Source of the DNA: Perkinsus olseni
Taxonomy: Eukaryota
Assembly (NCBI GenBank): GCA_013115125.1
Contig: JABANN010000052.1
Location: forward strand, 1 to 64,000
Length of the DNA: 64,000 nucleotides
Direction of reading: 5' to 3'
A program made the translations under genes and the position numbers. This document shows, one piece after another, positions 32,540 to 48,481 of this stretch (position 1 is the stretch's first letter; each line of letters begins with the position of its first letter). The notes beneath the pieces are model-generated. The model searched no databases. It worked only from the letters and a program-made list of their open reading frames with translations, and had not been told where the DNA came from.

Positions 32540-33094
32540 GCCTTGACGTCGGGCGATGCCGAGCCGCCACGCTGTGTTCGTTCAGACGATCGGTTCTGCC
32601 GGACACACGGAGAATGTTCTATTAGTTTGCCATGAACATGTCTTCGTATAATTGAGCTTCCCTCGCGTGACCGTTGCACCACAGACTTCGCGAGCTTCGC
32701 GTTGCAGTAGTAAAGAGAAGGAGCGTAGACAATGGCAAATCTGAGGAAGACGAATAATGTTGAAGGAGAGGGAACTGCTGTGATCGAGAACATCAACCGC
32801 CTAGCTCTCGAAATAGAAGAACTAGTTAGGGACATTAGTCCGTCGCGACGAAAGGGCGATGCTTGAATTTTCACTTTTGCGGAATTCCGCGAAAGATGAA
32901 GTTTGCAGGCACGAGTCACCCTAACATTATGATCGCTATAGAAATTCTATAATAGAATGGTCTCATAGAATGGTTTTGATCAGGGCTACGAGGCCTGTTC
33001 CCTTCGGTGAGCTCCCCTACGGATTCATGCAGGGCTCATTATACTGGAGAACTCAACACCCAGCGTTATCATGTTACACTCGCGTGGCGGTATG

Positions 33095-36000
33095 CTACTG
33101 TTGATTCACTACACAACGGACGAGCCGCTCCTGCTGCTCAGCAGAAGTCATCGCGGGCACCTGATAAGGGTATAAGGAACCGGTCAATGACGGTGCCCTC
33201 ACTTCGCAATTGTGAAGACGCATGACCTCCACTCGGCCAGTGGTGTCACCAGCCACCAGCACCGGAGAGTTTGGAGCGAAGCCCACTGACGTGGCACGCT
33301 GCCAACGATCTCTCCCGAGGTCATTGACTGGGTAGTGCACCTGTGACGACGGGAGGCGTCGCTGGAACGCGTCGGGGTGGTCTCACTATGATGGGGTCCA
33401 ATGGGCTCCTGTGGATATCCCACAGTTCAATTCTCCCATCATCCATTGCACCAGCGAAGGAAGTAGAGTTATGCGGACACCAGGCGATGTCGTTCACCTA
33501 CATGACCGGTGCTGTACAGTCGACCCATCACAGCCACCAGGAGTACCGAGTCGCAGAGATCTGTGGATTGGTAGCTCTGCAAAGGCGTGTTAGTTGCGAC
33601 CCCGATTCGGTCCAGCGCGGTTGAGTCAGCTCGTTTGGGCATGTAGCTGCCGCTACCTGCAGAAGCAGCAGAAGGCGGCGCCGCAGGTGTGGGATCCTCA
33701 CCACGACGAGCTTCTATTGGTATGGGCTTGGTCGACCACAGTTTGATGGTCCAGTCAGCACTGCACGTAAGGAAAGCCGGCGCCCAGAAGGGGTTGCATC
33801 GGACCTGGCCGTCAACCCTCGATCCCTTAGCCAAGAGCGACGCAATCCCACCTTGTAGACAGCGGCGGCATGACCGTAGTAGGTCTCAAGGTACTGCTCG
33901 TTGTAGCTGGTAGAGCATCGGTGGACCAGCCCGTCTTCGGTACCGACCAGGTACATGGACGGGTCCTTCTTGAGGAAGCTCACACAGAAGCCACAGCTTT
34001 GCCTGAGGGCCTCTTTCGTGCAAGGGGTGGTATCGCAGTGAGCTCCCTCACCTGAATGCCTGACTATCCTGACTCGTAGCCCCTCTATCTTGCGGCCCGG
34101 TGTTGAGGACGTTGGTAGCGAGATCTGGGTTAGGTGATCTCTTCAGCGACATCAGCACCGCACGGTCTAGTCCCTGACAGGACCGCCTTCGTCCGTAGTG
34201 GAGCCCCCAGTGGGCTCAATGGACCCACCTTCCTCATGTCCCACTGCAGTACCTTACCATCAGCGCCTATCGATACAAGAGACTCCCTCGGGAACTTGTC
34301 AGGGCCTCTGTCCACCTGCCACAGAGGCAGTGCTGGCCACCGGCGAAGGCGGAGCGCTACCCATTGTAGGTCCCACACTGCGTCGGTATGTCTGCTAGAT
34401 AGAGTAGAGGCCGCGCTCCCGCCCTGCGACTGCTGACCTCCACTAGCCCGCTGTTGAGCGCCGCCAGTGGGCCCGGACTGGGCCGTTGAGTCCAGTATCT
34501 GAGCGGGAGAAGCTCCTCCTCCGCATTCCCGAGAACAGCCGACAGGTGATGCGCTTCCTTGACGGAGGTCCCAGATAGCGACGCCGCCGTTTTGCAGTCC
34601 GACCGCTATCAAGTTGGGATAGATATCGCTGAAGGCCAGCGAGGAGACCTAGCATGAGTAAAAGCAGAATAGTTTCACCCAGTGCAATAACCAGTCCTGC
34701 ATCTATCACCCCAGCGTTAGTTTCCAGGGCCCTCTCAGGATGGGAGGGGTTCTTGAGACTCCAAAACAACACAAGGCCGCTACCGGAGGCTCGCCACGCT
34801 GCATCGGAGTCTCCTGAGGGATGCCATACATTGGTAGGGATCAGTGGTTACCCCCGCCACGAACCGTAGGATGCGCAGAGAAGGTCCTGGTTGACCTGAT
34901 GCCACTTGAGATTGGTGGTGGATAGCCCACCCGTCAACTGGGGCGCTTCAAAACAGAAGAGATGCTGAGGACGATTAGCAGACATGAAGCCTCTCTTGGA
35001 CAGGGAAGGTGCCATCGGTAGTTTCCCAGCAAACAATGCTTAGCTGGGTTATTATCACCTTCATGCTCGATTTATCCTCGTCATCAGGTTCGGCGTCTTC
35101 CTTATCAGTTTCCTCAGGGATAGTGTCGGTCTTCTCCTCCGAACGAAGGGACGTTGTGCTCGATCGGAGAGAGGCATCTCTCGAGCGGCGCGCGTCGGTG
35201 CTGAAACATGTCCGAGTGTCGGACTTCTCCTAGCTCAAAGCCCTCAGACCAGATGAACACTCGATTTCCTTACCCGCTGGAGACACTAGGCGACCTCTGA
35301 CTGGTCGAGGCCTCAGCAGCGTTCTGAGAGGCCGCACTGTCGGCGACAAACTTCTGTTCTCTCTCAGTTAGTTCAGCTAGAGTCGGGTAGTTACGGTACC
35401 TACCACTGCCATCAATGCCTTCAGGGTAGCCGGCACAGATTCCTACAGCAAGTGGGCGCTGTGGTGCTCATTCTGGCTCAGAGTCCTCTCCATCACCCTG
35501 GCAGCCTCCGACAGCTCATCGGGTACGGACAGGTTGCTCTCCATGACCCATCCCAGAGTTCGGGAGTTTGACTGCAAGACGAACGATGGCGAGAAGCGCT
35601 GCTTTGAAGTGTAGCTCACTTCGGTCTTCGCCTTCAGCTCGACTCGTGCTGCCGCTCCTGACATTGGACCAGCTCTCTTAATTTTACGATTCATACGGGC
35701 CATCGAGTCACTTTTGTCACTCATCGGAGCGTGTATGTCGAGCTTCTTGGAGTTGCCAGTTCCCACCCCTTTGGACGCCTCTTTTGATAGACCAGATCGA
35801 TTACCCTGACCAGAGGGGCGAGCTGCATCATGTCATTCGCGGTAAGGCGGTGTTCATACTCCCTGCCCTCTCAAACCCTCCTTCTTGGACTGAGCAGTGA
35901 CAGCTCGAGAAATACCCCCGCTAGTATGAGAAAGGAGGGCCTCCGAGGAAGTATCAAACAGGCATCCGGACTTCGCTAGGCATTCCGAGGCCTGAGAATA

Positions 36001-37298
36001 TCGGGCGAGCGGTTAGCATTGCGTCTCGATGGGAACCCTACTGTTTCGTCCAAGTTTCGCTGACATTCGATCTGGATCTGCAAGTCGGGAGGGACAACTT
36101 CTTCTTCGAAGCTGTCGTGTATGTCCCAGACGGAGGCGTTGACTCCCGTCGACAAAGTGGCTGAGAAAAATACTGGAACCGAGAATCGAACTCGGGACCT
36201 ACTGCGTGTTAGGCAGTCGTCATAACCAACTAGACCATTCCAGCGATGTTAAGCCAGAAAGTTGAACGGGTGACATCCAAGTAATCAAAAACATCTCATC
36301 ATGATAATACTAGCCCGGCTACTGGGAAGAGGCATCAACTATCCGCTCACCTGGAGGGTCCGTGAGGGTCTCCTTCATCTTCTGAGCGTAGTTGAGAGTT
36401 TGTGTGTGTTGCGCTCGGAATTGATCTGGAGCGTTCTGTTTCCGGTTCAGTAGAGCCTCGTAGTCCTCGTTCTCGGTAACAATCTGGGTACAACACTTGC
36501 GTGAGGCCAGGGAATGCCCAGAACTCCCCAACAGCGCCCGCCAGGCCTCACCTTCTCGTACGCCTCCATTTCAGCGCTGGCCGCATTGCTAGGTATGTCG
36601 ACCAGGACTGTGGTCGGCGTCTCCGACAGGTTTACCTCTACCATTCGGTCCTCTCCGAAGTTACCCTGACAATCGAAGGAGGGTAGTGACTCACTACTAG
36701 TGAGGGATGAAGGAATTCACTGGGCCACCACCCTCTCCCAGCTAGGAGAAGGAGAGCAGACTCCTACCAGTGGCTTGAGAACAGCGTGCAGGCCTGAGGG
36801 TGTATTCTGCTCAGGGGGTTGCTTGAAAGTGTCCCTGATATGAACCATCGCATCGTAAGTTGATGGTCAGAGCCGAGCTGCCCTACGACAAGCGGCCTTT
36901 CCGAAGTTCCTCGACCTTCCTAAGTTCTTCCTTCAACTCCTCGACTGCTCTTCGAGGCATCGTCTTTAACACAGCTCCCTGCTGCTGTTGCTGCACTGGC
37001 GGAATCAGGGACTTCGGCGTTACATTGCGACTAGGACGGTACCCATATGGAGCCAGTCGAGCCCTAGTCAGCCGCCTACCCATCCAAAATAACGTAGGTG
37101 TTCGTGGGCTTTGGTGAGGCACCCGTGGTGGTTGCACCGATCTGACTGCTGTTCAGCATGTTTCCATGTGGATGCAACTGCAATGGGAATCTATTTCCTG
37201 GTTCTATCACCAGTTCATGGGCTTACCTGCTTGCTCCCACTGGTATTTAGGCGTTTAGAGTCGCCGGGCCGTGATTGAGCTGTTGCCGTCGCCTGCAT
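33095..37298 (-). CDS. WDR78: Axonemal dynein intermediate chain, WD40 repeats (WDR78/DNAI4-like)
   Basis: LSETPT, VMERTLSQN, LFWSLKNPSHPER, HTDAVWDLQW, YLVGTEDGLVHRCSTSYNEQYLETYYGH, FLTCSADWTIKLW. Confidence 0.85.
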
Positions 37299-37581
37299 GA
37301 GGAGGCATACGAAAAGGACCTCTAAAATAGAGAGCTATGCTGGACAGCAAGCCCGACAACAACGAGCTTCAATCGAGGCAATGATGATCCCTGCAAGATT
37401 CAGAAGTGGCGAGGTTTCCCTCCGGCGAAGCCTTAAGAATTAACAACCCAATGCGATCTACGCAGGGGAAAGCCGCAACAATGCGCGGAGTAACCCTGAA
37501 ACCAAGGCCGGAAGCTCGTCCCTCGGAGGGCCCTCATGCCCTCAGTCACCCAAGTGGTCATCAAGCAGGGCGAAGATCTCC

Positions 37582-40012
37582 TCATCCCGGGCTTATTCCG
37601 GCTAACTTATCGAATTGCTCCTCCGCGATCTCCATTCTACTTTCGCTCTCGCTAATACACCGTACCAAACTACTCGAGTCCTGTACGACCGGCTTCAAAG
37701 ACGCCTCCAGGACCATTACCCGACCTAAGGCTCTACGGCAAGCCTCTGACAGCAGCTGGTACGTAGCAATCTCCAACGCGGCCTTGCTCGATGCCTCGTC
37801 CCTCAGAGCCTTCCTGACGCATTTAAGTAACCCCTTCGGAATGGGAGATTTGCCAGACAACAGAAATGTAGAAGTTAGTAGCTTTCGACACCGGCGGGAC
37901 ATCCCCTCTGTTTGGTTCCACGGGGCAACCTGAATCTCAGCCCCCAGTGGTGCCTGGGCTGGTAAGGGTAAGCCTTGAACTGCCGCCAGCGTCGCTGACC
38001 CCCGCCATTCGAACGACAGGGGGTCGCCTAGCTCTATATCAGAGCTCGCAACAAATCTCATCAGCCCTTCGCTCTCGGTTAGTCGAAGACTCCCTCGTTC
38101 TGAGTCGCTACTGCGAACGAGTTGGGAACCCGGCAGCAGAACCCACCTGAATTTAGCGACGACATGCTGAGCAGACAGGCGTTGAGGCGAAGCGTACATC
38201 CCACGGCCGAGACGTATGCTATCGGTGAGAACGGCAGCTCTGAGCCACGACTCTCCATCAACAGATGCTGCTGCCAATTGGGCATCCAGAACCACCTGCA
38301 AGACATCCAAGGTAGTATGCTGTGCAAGCGAGTTCCATGCGCTGTGGATAGGAGAGCGACCCGAATCATAGCCTCAACTGAGCCGTGATCAGCTGCTGAG
38401 ACGAAACGTTAGCTGAATAACAGCAATTACATCGCTAGTATCGACACCCATCGTAGTGACTATGTTAAGCAGTATTTCTCACGCCCTGTTATGACCTAGG
38501 CTGAGTATCAGCAACATTAACGCTGATGGGAAGCCATATGAAACTCAAGGGACCTACCGCCCCATTCGCTTGTACTACCTCTTTATATATAGTAGGGCTA
38601 ACCGCTTCCAATGCCTCCACTAAACTACCATTCACGTCCCCTATTATCGATCTAGCACCACGCAGCGGTGCGTGCTCCTTCGCCTCGGCTAGATAAGCTC
38701 CCCAAAGCTCCTCTGGACTCGACTGCTGCAGCTCCTCTAGACTATCCACGATCTGTTGCAGAGAGCCACGCAGTACAGCCTCCTTGGGATACTCGAATAG
38801 TGATATGCCGGCTGGCAATGCTGTAAGGGCCTCCAACGGTCCACCAGACTCTGCTAATCCCACCAAAGTCGAAAGTATCCCTTCGTCTACTAGCGCAGCG
38901 TAAAGTCGACTCTGCGCCGTATCCGATACGAGAGGTTCTTGATGGCGTATAGGATCCAGATTAATCGGGTGTTGGGACCATTGCCTGAACTTGACCCATG
39001 ACCCCGAGCGGTCACTGGAGATGACCGTGCTACCTGAGTTTCCGAATGTACTCGCCGTCAAGTCTTTCCCAATCGACGGCTGTCCACCAGGCTCTGAGAT
39101 ACCCCTCTAAGCTGGCCGCATGGCTCTCGATGTACCTACAAAATCCTGCAGAAAAGTTGGCTGGCACCACTCGACTACTACGCATGCTCCCAGAGATCAA
39201 TGTTGAAAATGGCGTAGATGTGGTCACCGTGGATACCGTCATAGTCGGGAGAGGCTATAACAGATAGTCCTTCCGGGAGGCTAAGGAGCCAAACCCAACC
39301 GTATCCATCGAGGGATGAGGCAGCCTCCATGAGTTCCTGATAAATTGTAGCTAGAGGTGTCAGAATACCTGACTTACTTACCTCGAAAAGCTCCTTCATA
39401 CCACCGAACGCGTCAATAATATCTTGGGCCAGCACTGAGCCCTCGAAGGAGGCTGGCTCCTTAAACTCGTCAGACGTCCCGGTAGCTCGGAAGGAGCGGA
39501 AATAGATTTCGTGGTAGATGTAGCTGAAGCGAAGTGAGTTAGATGAGGCCTCAAGTGGGCTATTAGATTACCTATTCCCATAATAAAGCAGCTTGTCACA
39601 TAAGGGCGTAGGCACCTCCTCAGACAGACTGTTATCATATTCGCAGAAGTACAGGAGAGCATCAAAGCCCATGTGACGGGCGTGCCTGAGGACACCAGCG
39701 TATCTTAGGTCGACCCTGGCAGCAAAGGCATACGTTGGGAGGTCTGGTATCAAAGAGAGCTGTCTCAGTGCTGTGTTGAATCTGGCGGTATCCCGGCCGC
39801 ATACAGAGCGGTAGTGGTAACTGAAGAAGGTCCGTAAGAAGATTTACAGAACATCCTGCGTATGGGTACCTCAAGGACTTGGGGTGGACTAGAGGCTCGT
39901 AATTGGTGTAGGTTGAGAAGGGCACGTCAAATAGCGGCACTTGTCGGGCACCGAAGGCAATCGATGCAAAGAGGATGAGGACGGACAGGCCTCGAATGAA
40001 GTGAAGTAACAT
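37582..40012 (-). CDS. Signal peptide + Fe/Mn-SOD-like domain + degenerate SET/Rubisco-LSMT-like domain
   Basis: Spliced: MLLHFIRGLSVLILFASIAFG; YEPLVHPKSLSYHY; YHEIYF; IIDAFGG; GYGWVWL; IDLWEHAY; WWTAVDW; then SET-like ALTALPAGISLFEYP, LP...PSAW, VLLPGSQLVRSS, FVASSDIELGDPLSFEW. Confidence 0.72.
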
Positions 40013-40340
40013 TGGAAAAACTATGAGGCCACCGTCACGAAAACGAAAATGACAAACAAAACTCGCTCCGTAGCGGAGCGATGCGTCGGTTCTTCGCAAC
40101 GGCGCGTTATCTGAATTCCTCTATATCCATTCAGGAACTGCGATTTATGCGGTGAGCGTCTCCTGCCATTCAAGGCACAGCCTGATGGTATCCTAGGTTC
40201 ATGGAGGCTGAATTTAAGTTAACAAGATATGATAAGATTCGTCGAAATCGGACTGCTGGCATTCCGACCTCCCCAGATTCGAGTCCGCTCACCGGAAAGG
40301 TTCCAGTTTGATAGTTCGTGGATAGGCTTTCCCTCCTGTA

Positions 40341-41895
40341 ATGGCAACCTGCATCGTCTTTGGCGCCGGGGCCTTCGGTACTGCGATGTCTGCTGCTCTG
40401 GCACGGTCGTCGGCGATTGGGAGAGTTTACCTCTACGGCCGTGACCGAAAAGTGATAGATGGTATCAATCGGTATGGCATCAATGAGAGAGTAATACCAC
40501 AAGTACTAGGGAGGTTACTCACGCTAAAACCCGTGTCGAGAATCGCCCGTGACATTGGGTAGGCGACTGACGGGGTCGTCCGAGGCCGAGAGTTTCCCGT
40601 CTCTGTTTCCATAACCCTATCATCCGTAGCTGCCCTGGATGGTGCATTGGATGATTCCTCTTGTCTTGTAAGCATTACCGTTCTCAACGTGCTTAGCTCT
40701 AACGCGGGTGACTTTATTCGTCGCCACGGGGCCGCGTGTGAAGGGTTATCTCGCGTAGGTAGGTACCCACCGTTTGAGTACCGACAAGATTTTAGCGACA
40801 ACCTCTTTACACGATCTGCCGCAAACTGCTAGCTCGTACTTCCATGCCATACCAGTGCAGCAATCTATGGCGTTTTTACGGCATCTGGAGGACGCCCACT
40901 TTCCTCTCGGTGGATGCCCCTACGTTAACTGCTCCAAAGGTGTCATGCTGTACGAAGGCAATAAGCTCATGACTGTGAGCCAAATGTTCGGCCATTGCCT
41001 AGGTTTGAAGGGGCACTACATGGCTCTGTCGGGGCCTTCCTTCGCCCAGGGCCTGTTGGAAGCTGCTCCATGCGTGATGTCTCTCGCGGGTGGTAACGGC
41101 GAAGTTGCCGAGCTGTTGCGTGCCAGTCAAGGGATTTTCATAGAGGATACGCCGAAGCTGACGGTAGAGGCAGTGGAGTGGGCTGGGGCTATGAAGAACG
41201 TCTGTGCGCTCGCTTACGGCTGGGTGGAAGCCAGCCTGAACTGTAATACAGCAGCGGCAGTTGTCACTGTCATGTGGAGGGAGCTCTTCGGCCTCCTTGG
41301 AAGGGAGGATGAGAGTAGTAAGGGTGCGGCAAGTTCCTCGATTATTTTATAGGGAACCGCTAGGATTCCTGAGGTATCCGAGTCCCTTAGATTCCAGCTT
41401 GGTGTAGCTCGCGTGGCCTCATTCTCCGGTCGGAATTGGAGTGTAGCGGTATAACTTGAGAAGTTTTTAAATCGTCCTCGGCAGTCGCAATTGACGAGGT
41501 TTTACTTATCTCTAGGTAGCCGATATTCATTTTTTGAGAGTTCTGGTGGCCTCGGGGATCTACTGGTAACCTGTAGCGGTGGGAAGAGCCGTAATGTTGG
41601 GTATGGCCGAGACGTCGCGGAAGCGCAACAGAGGGGTAGGCTTCTCTGCTCATGCATTGGTCGAATTAATTGTTCGCTGCACGCTACATTTTCAGAAGGG
41701 CCCGTGGCAACGGATCTCACTGCCCGACCGACAGTGGAAGGTTTGCATACCGTGAAGGCATTGCTGTCTTTCTATGGGCCTGATAGAATACCGCGTACAA
41801 GCCGTATAATAGAGGGCCTCCAAGGCCTTAGGGACCCTGCGGCAGCAGTCGCTAATGCTTTACGAGCTTACGTTTGGGGGCTGTCGATTTGCTAG
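40341..41895 (+). CDS. NAD(P)H-dependent glycerol-3-phosphate dehydrogenase (GpsA-like)
   Basis: VFGAGAFGTAMS, NCSKG, LSGPSFA, VEWAGAMKNVCALAYG, GLGDLLVTCSGGKSRN, VEGLHTVK. Confidence 0.9.
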
Positions 41896-42381
41896 TGCGA
41901 TCAATTGATGGGATGAGCCTGTTGAGAGGATGACTCATCGACAGCAGCTAGTGGAGGTGTTGAGGAGGCGTGCAATCCAAGCCGCGGTGATCGTAAAGAG
42001 AAGGCCACGGTAGTAATATTCAAGCGGCTGAAAGTGGAGCCCACTCCGCACAATTGCATACTACCGTGGTTTGCGATTGTTTCTGGACCACTTGGATCCC
42101 AGACCAGTCGAGTGGAGCGTGCCAACTCGCTTGACATATCCTATTGACACATAAGAGAGGCACTGCTGGCTTGAGGGAGGATTGATGAGACCTTGCGGAC
42201 GCTAAAGGTCCAATGGGGAATGCAACAAGAAATGAGTTATTGTGGAGGATAACGATAATTAGGCTCGATAATTCTATGCGCTCAGATGGTCAGTACTCCG
42301 GTGTGCCAGTTTTGATTTCCTATGGTAGTAGTCTCCCCTCGGCAACGTTCGCCGAGCAGGCTGACCGAAGGGAACGATCCA

Positions 42382-44739
42382 GGTAGTGAAAGTTAACGGT
42401 GGCGGTCGTCTGGTGGGGACTCGCTGTTGTCAGCCGCTGCTGCTGCGTACAGCCGACTACTGGAAAACTTCATGTCCCCGGATTTCGATGTGGCTACATT
42501 CGTACGGGAGATGGTAGCCAACGCTGAGAACAAAGGGAGTGGCTCTCCTAGTGGAGGTACTACCACCAGGGTGGGTCGGATGCGGCAGTAACTCTGATTG
42601 TGTAGAAGCTGAACGGGGGTGCATGAGAGAACGAATCAGTCTTGGGTACTCAGGTGGTAGTCCTCGAAGGAGAAGTCAGTCTGGTGGCGGCGCTGTGGCG
42701 GTGAGCTCGCCATCCTATCCGCCTGTTGCAGCTGCTGTTACCTCGTCAGGCCGTGATAGCGCAGTTGGACCAGGCGATATTCACTGTGGACGAGCAACTG
42801 CGGAGTAAAGTAGCAGACTGCTACGATCAGCTCCTGCTTAACGATACGACGGGTATGGAATGCCGATTGAACATGAGAGGCATGGCTAGTGTTTCAGACC
42901 TCGATCGGGTTGATGGAGAGCTGAGACAAGTCCGAGAGTCGGTTGCCGTGTTGAAGGCTACACTGGACAATGTGCGAACAGAAGCAGTGACTCCGTTCAG
43001 AGTTATAAAGAAGAGGTATCGCCACCGGGGATCGAACCAGAGTCACTGGAACGGAAGAGAGAGTTCCCAGGTTGGACACACTAGAAAGAGCACAGAAGGC
43101 AGCTGCTTTGGTACGGAGCACTCAGAAGCTGCTGCTAGGAGTGCGTAAACTGAGGATGCAGATGCAGGCCGCCAGCGCTGAGAGCGCCTCGGCTCTAGAT
43201 GGTGAGGAGTCTGGTGATATTTACTAGACTGTAAATCGGGTGATCAACAGAGCCTCGGGGATCGACTAGAGTAGAAGTAAAGCGGGAGGCGTACCATCCC
43301 ACCAGGGCTCAACTCGCCCTCGCCCACCAGGGAATCTCCGTACGAGCAGCGCATACCTTCAGGCCGGCCGATTCTGGGAACACACTCGGCGAAGGCTGCC
43401 ATTTTGGCCAACGGTCTGGAGACGTGTAAGGCCGCTGTCGGATGACGATGAATTGGGTCTTTTGCCTCTTCTACCTTTGAGACATGTCTAGCAACTTCGG
43501 TGCTCTGACATGATTTCAGCTCAACTCTTTAGTGATCCTTATCAGTTGTTCCTGTCATTCAGCATTGCAAGCGGACACTCTCGGACGGCTACCTGCAATC
43601 TCCAAGGAAGTCGCCTTTATCCATCACAGCTCCTCAGCGCTACGGAAACACGCTTCGGAGGTACTAGCTCTGGCGGTTATCGGGGTAGGAGTTGTTCAGT
43701 CGCTCACCCTCAGGCTCTGATGGCGGGCCTGGAGCCTGACGCTGGTTCTCCAGTCAAACAGCAGGCGCTCCTGATGTCCGCTGTACAGGTCCTCTTTGAG
43801 CTAGGTAGGCCACTGTACCCCTGACCGATTGCCTCAGTAACCTTGCAGGTTGCCTTTCCACAGAGAGTGTATCGTGTGCTGCCGCGGTTGTATCCAATGT
43901 GGACGCGTACGCTCTGCAGGTGCCAGGAGAGGTAAAACCGGGTGTATTTCGTAGCCTTTCAGTCCATCCGCTGAGCTCAAACCTTTCAGAGCAGCGCTCA
44001 AGGTGATATAGTTAACGAGGAGCAGTTTTGGAGAGTAGCGGAGAAGCTTGGCGAGGCCATAGTACAATTTGGAAGGCCTGTTAAGGTGAGATATTGGTAA
44101 AGCGAGTTTCTGTCGGTAGCTCTGCTGTGCACGGCATGTGACATTCCGAAGAGTACAGTGACAGACCGTGCATACAACTCGTATGAGTGCTAATAATGAG
44201 TGCGCGATGTGTCATGTTATTTGGGGGGCTGCGTGGTTGTGAGGGGTTCGTCCTGTCCTTAGATGCTCGACGAGCTCGTACGACTCGGCGTTGACCCGCT
44301 AACGCAAAAGCACTTCATCTCGTCCTTCCAAGGACCTGAGCCCCAGCCGATTTTCCGAGCTGCATGGGACGCCATTGCTGGTGGACTCGCAGTCAAACGC
44401 TTGAAGCACGCTCATACCACGAATCGAAATTTACGGGGCGGGAAGGCAAGTTCGCTGCGTGGCCATTGATCTCATCCAAGAACTCTTTGTGACTGCATCG
44501 TTCACACCCTACAGGTGACCTGTAACAGGTCGTTCTATGTGTTCCGTTCCTGCCTCAGGTGGATCTCAATCGGCTGCGGTCAGTCGTGATCAGCGGTCCC
44601 CTGAAGTCTTTGCGTCGAAGCACTCGTGCGTCGAGGACGGGGCAAACTCGGTCGAACCCCGACGGGGCAGGGGACGACAGTGCGTATTTTTCTTCAATGG
44701 AAGAAGCATTAGGACTATCAAGTGTGCCTTCCAAGTGAT
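42382..44739 (+). CDS. COG5: COG5-like conserved oligomeric Golgi complex subunit (boundaries approximate)
   Basis: FMSPDFDVATFV, LDQAIFTVDEQLRSKVADCYDQLL, coiled coil ...PFRVIK..LERAQKAAALVR, AVQVLFEL, DPLTQKHF. Confidence 0.6.
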
Positions 44740-45028
44740 TCACTGTTTCAGAGAGGCAGCTCTGCGTTCATCAGAAGGGGTTGGGTGGGTGAATCGTGGA
44801 TCGTACGAGATGGTCTGCGCTCTGGTAGAGTAGAGCCTAGTCCTGGCCTGATGCTCAATGATCCTGGAAACCGAAGCAGCTGTATCGCGACGGGAACTGG
44901 GCGGCATTATACTGAGAGGTTTATGAAATGTGAGAGTTGCCGTATCTAATAGCATTCGGAAGATTGTGTTTGAACCATTAGATTGTGTCTTTTGAAACAA
45001 ACAGATGCGAGGAACAGGTGTGTATAAG

Positions 45029-45102
45029 TACTCTGAGCGGGACTTGAACCCGCAACCTTTGGATTAGAAGTCCAACGCTCTATCCGATTGAGCCACCAGA
45101 GC
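45029..45102 (-). tRNA. tRNA-Arg(TCT)
   Basis: Cloverleaf GCTCTGG-TG-GCTC..GAGC-G-TTGGA CT TCT AA TCCAA-AGGTT-GCGGG TTCAAGT CCCGC-TCAGAGT-A. Confidence 0.95.
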
Positions 45103-45163
45103 CATGATTTTATGCTGGCTCGATCGAGGCAGGCGTGCTCAGCATTTTTGTCACAAATTCCAA

Positions 45164-48188
<3,025 letters not shown>

Positions 48189-48481
48189 GCGGCTTCGCTC
48201 CGCCAAGTCTCGTCGTCGCGGAGCATTGGATGCCTGCGAGCTGGACAAGATGCGCAAGATGTAGGGCTCATTTCACGTATCTGAAGTCTCCTGCCGTCTC
48301 GTTGGTCAATTACTTGGGCGTTATTACTTCGGGGTGTTCGGTCTCTCCCGATCGCGCCAGCCCTCCGGCAGCTCACCACGGTGAAACATCACCCTTATTC
48401 TGTGTGGATTTCCGTATCGGGTACGCGCAATTAACTGCTTGTAGTTTGTTCGGATCCTCAATCGACCTCTGACAAGACTGA

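Noticed and set aside
39175-39185. Apparent TAG TAG stops right after DLWEHA, suggesting a pseudogene or readthrough
   Set aside because: They lie within a GT-AG intron; splicing restores DLWEHAY.
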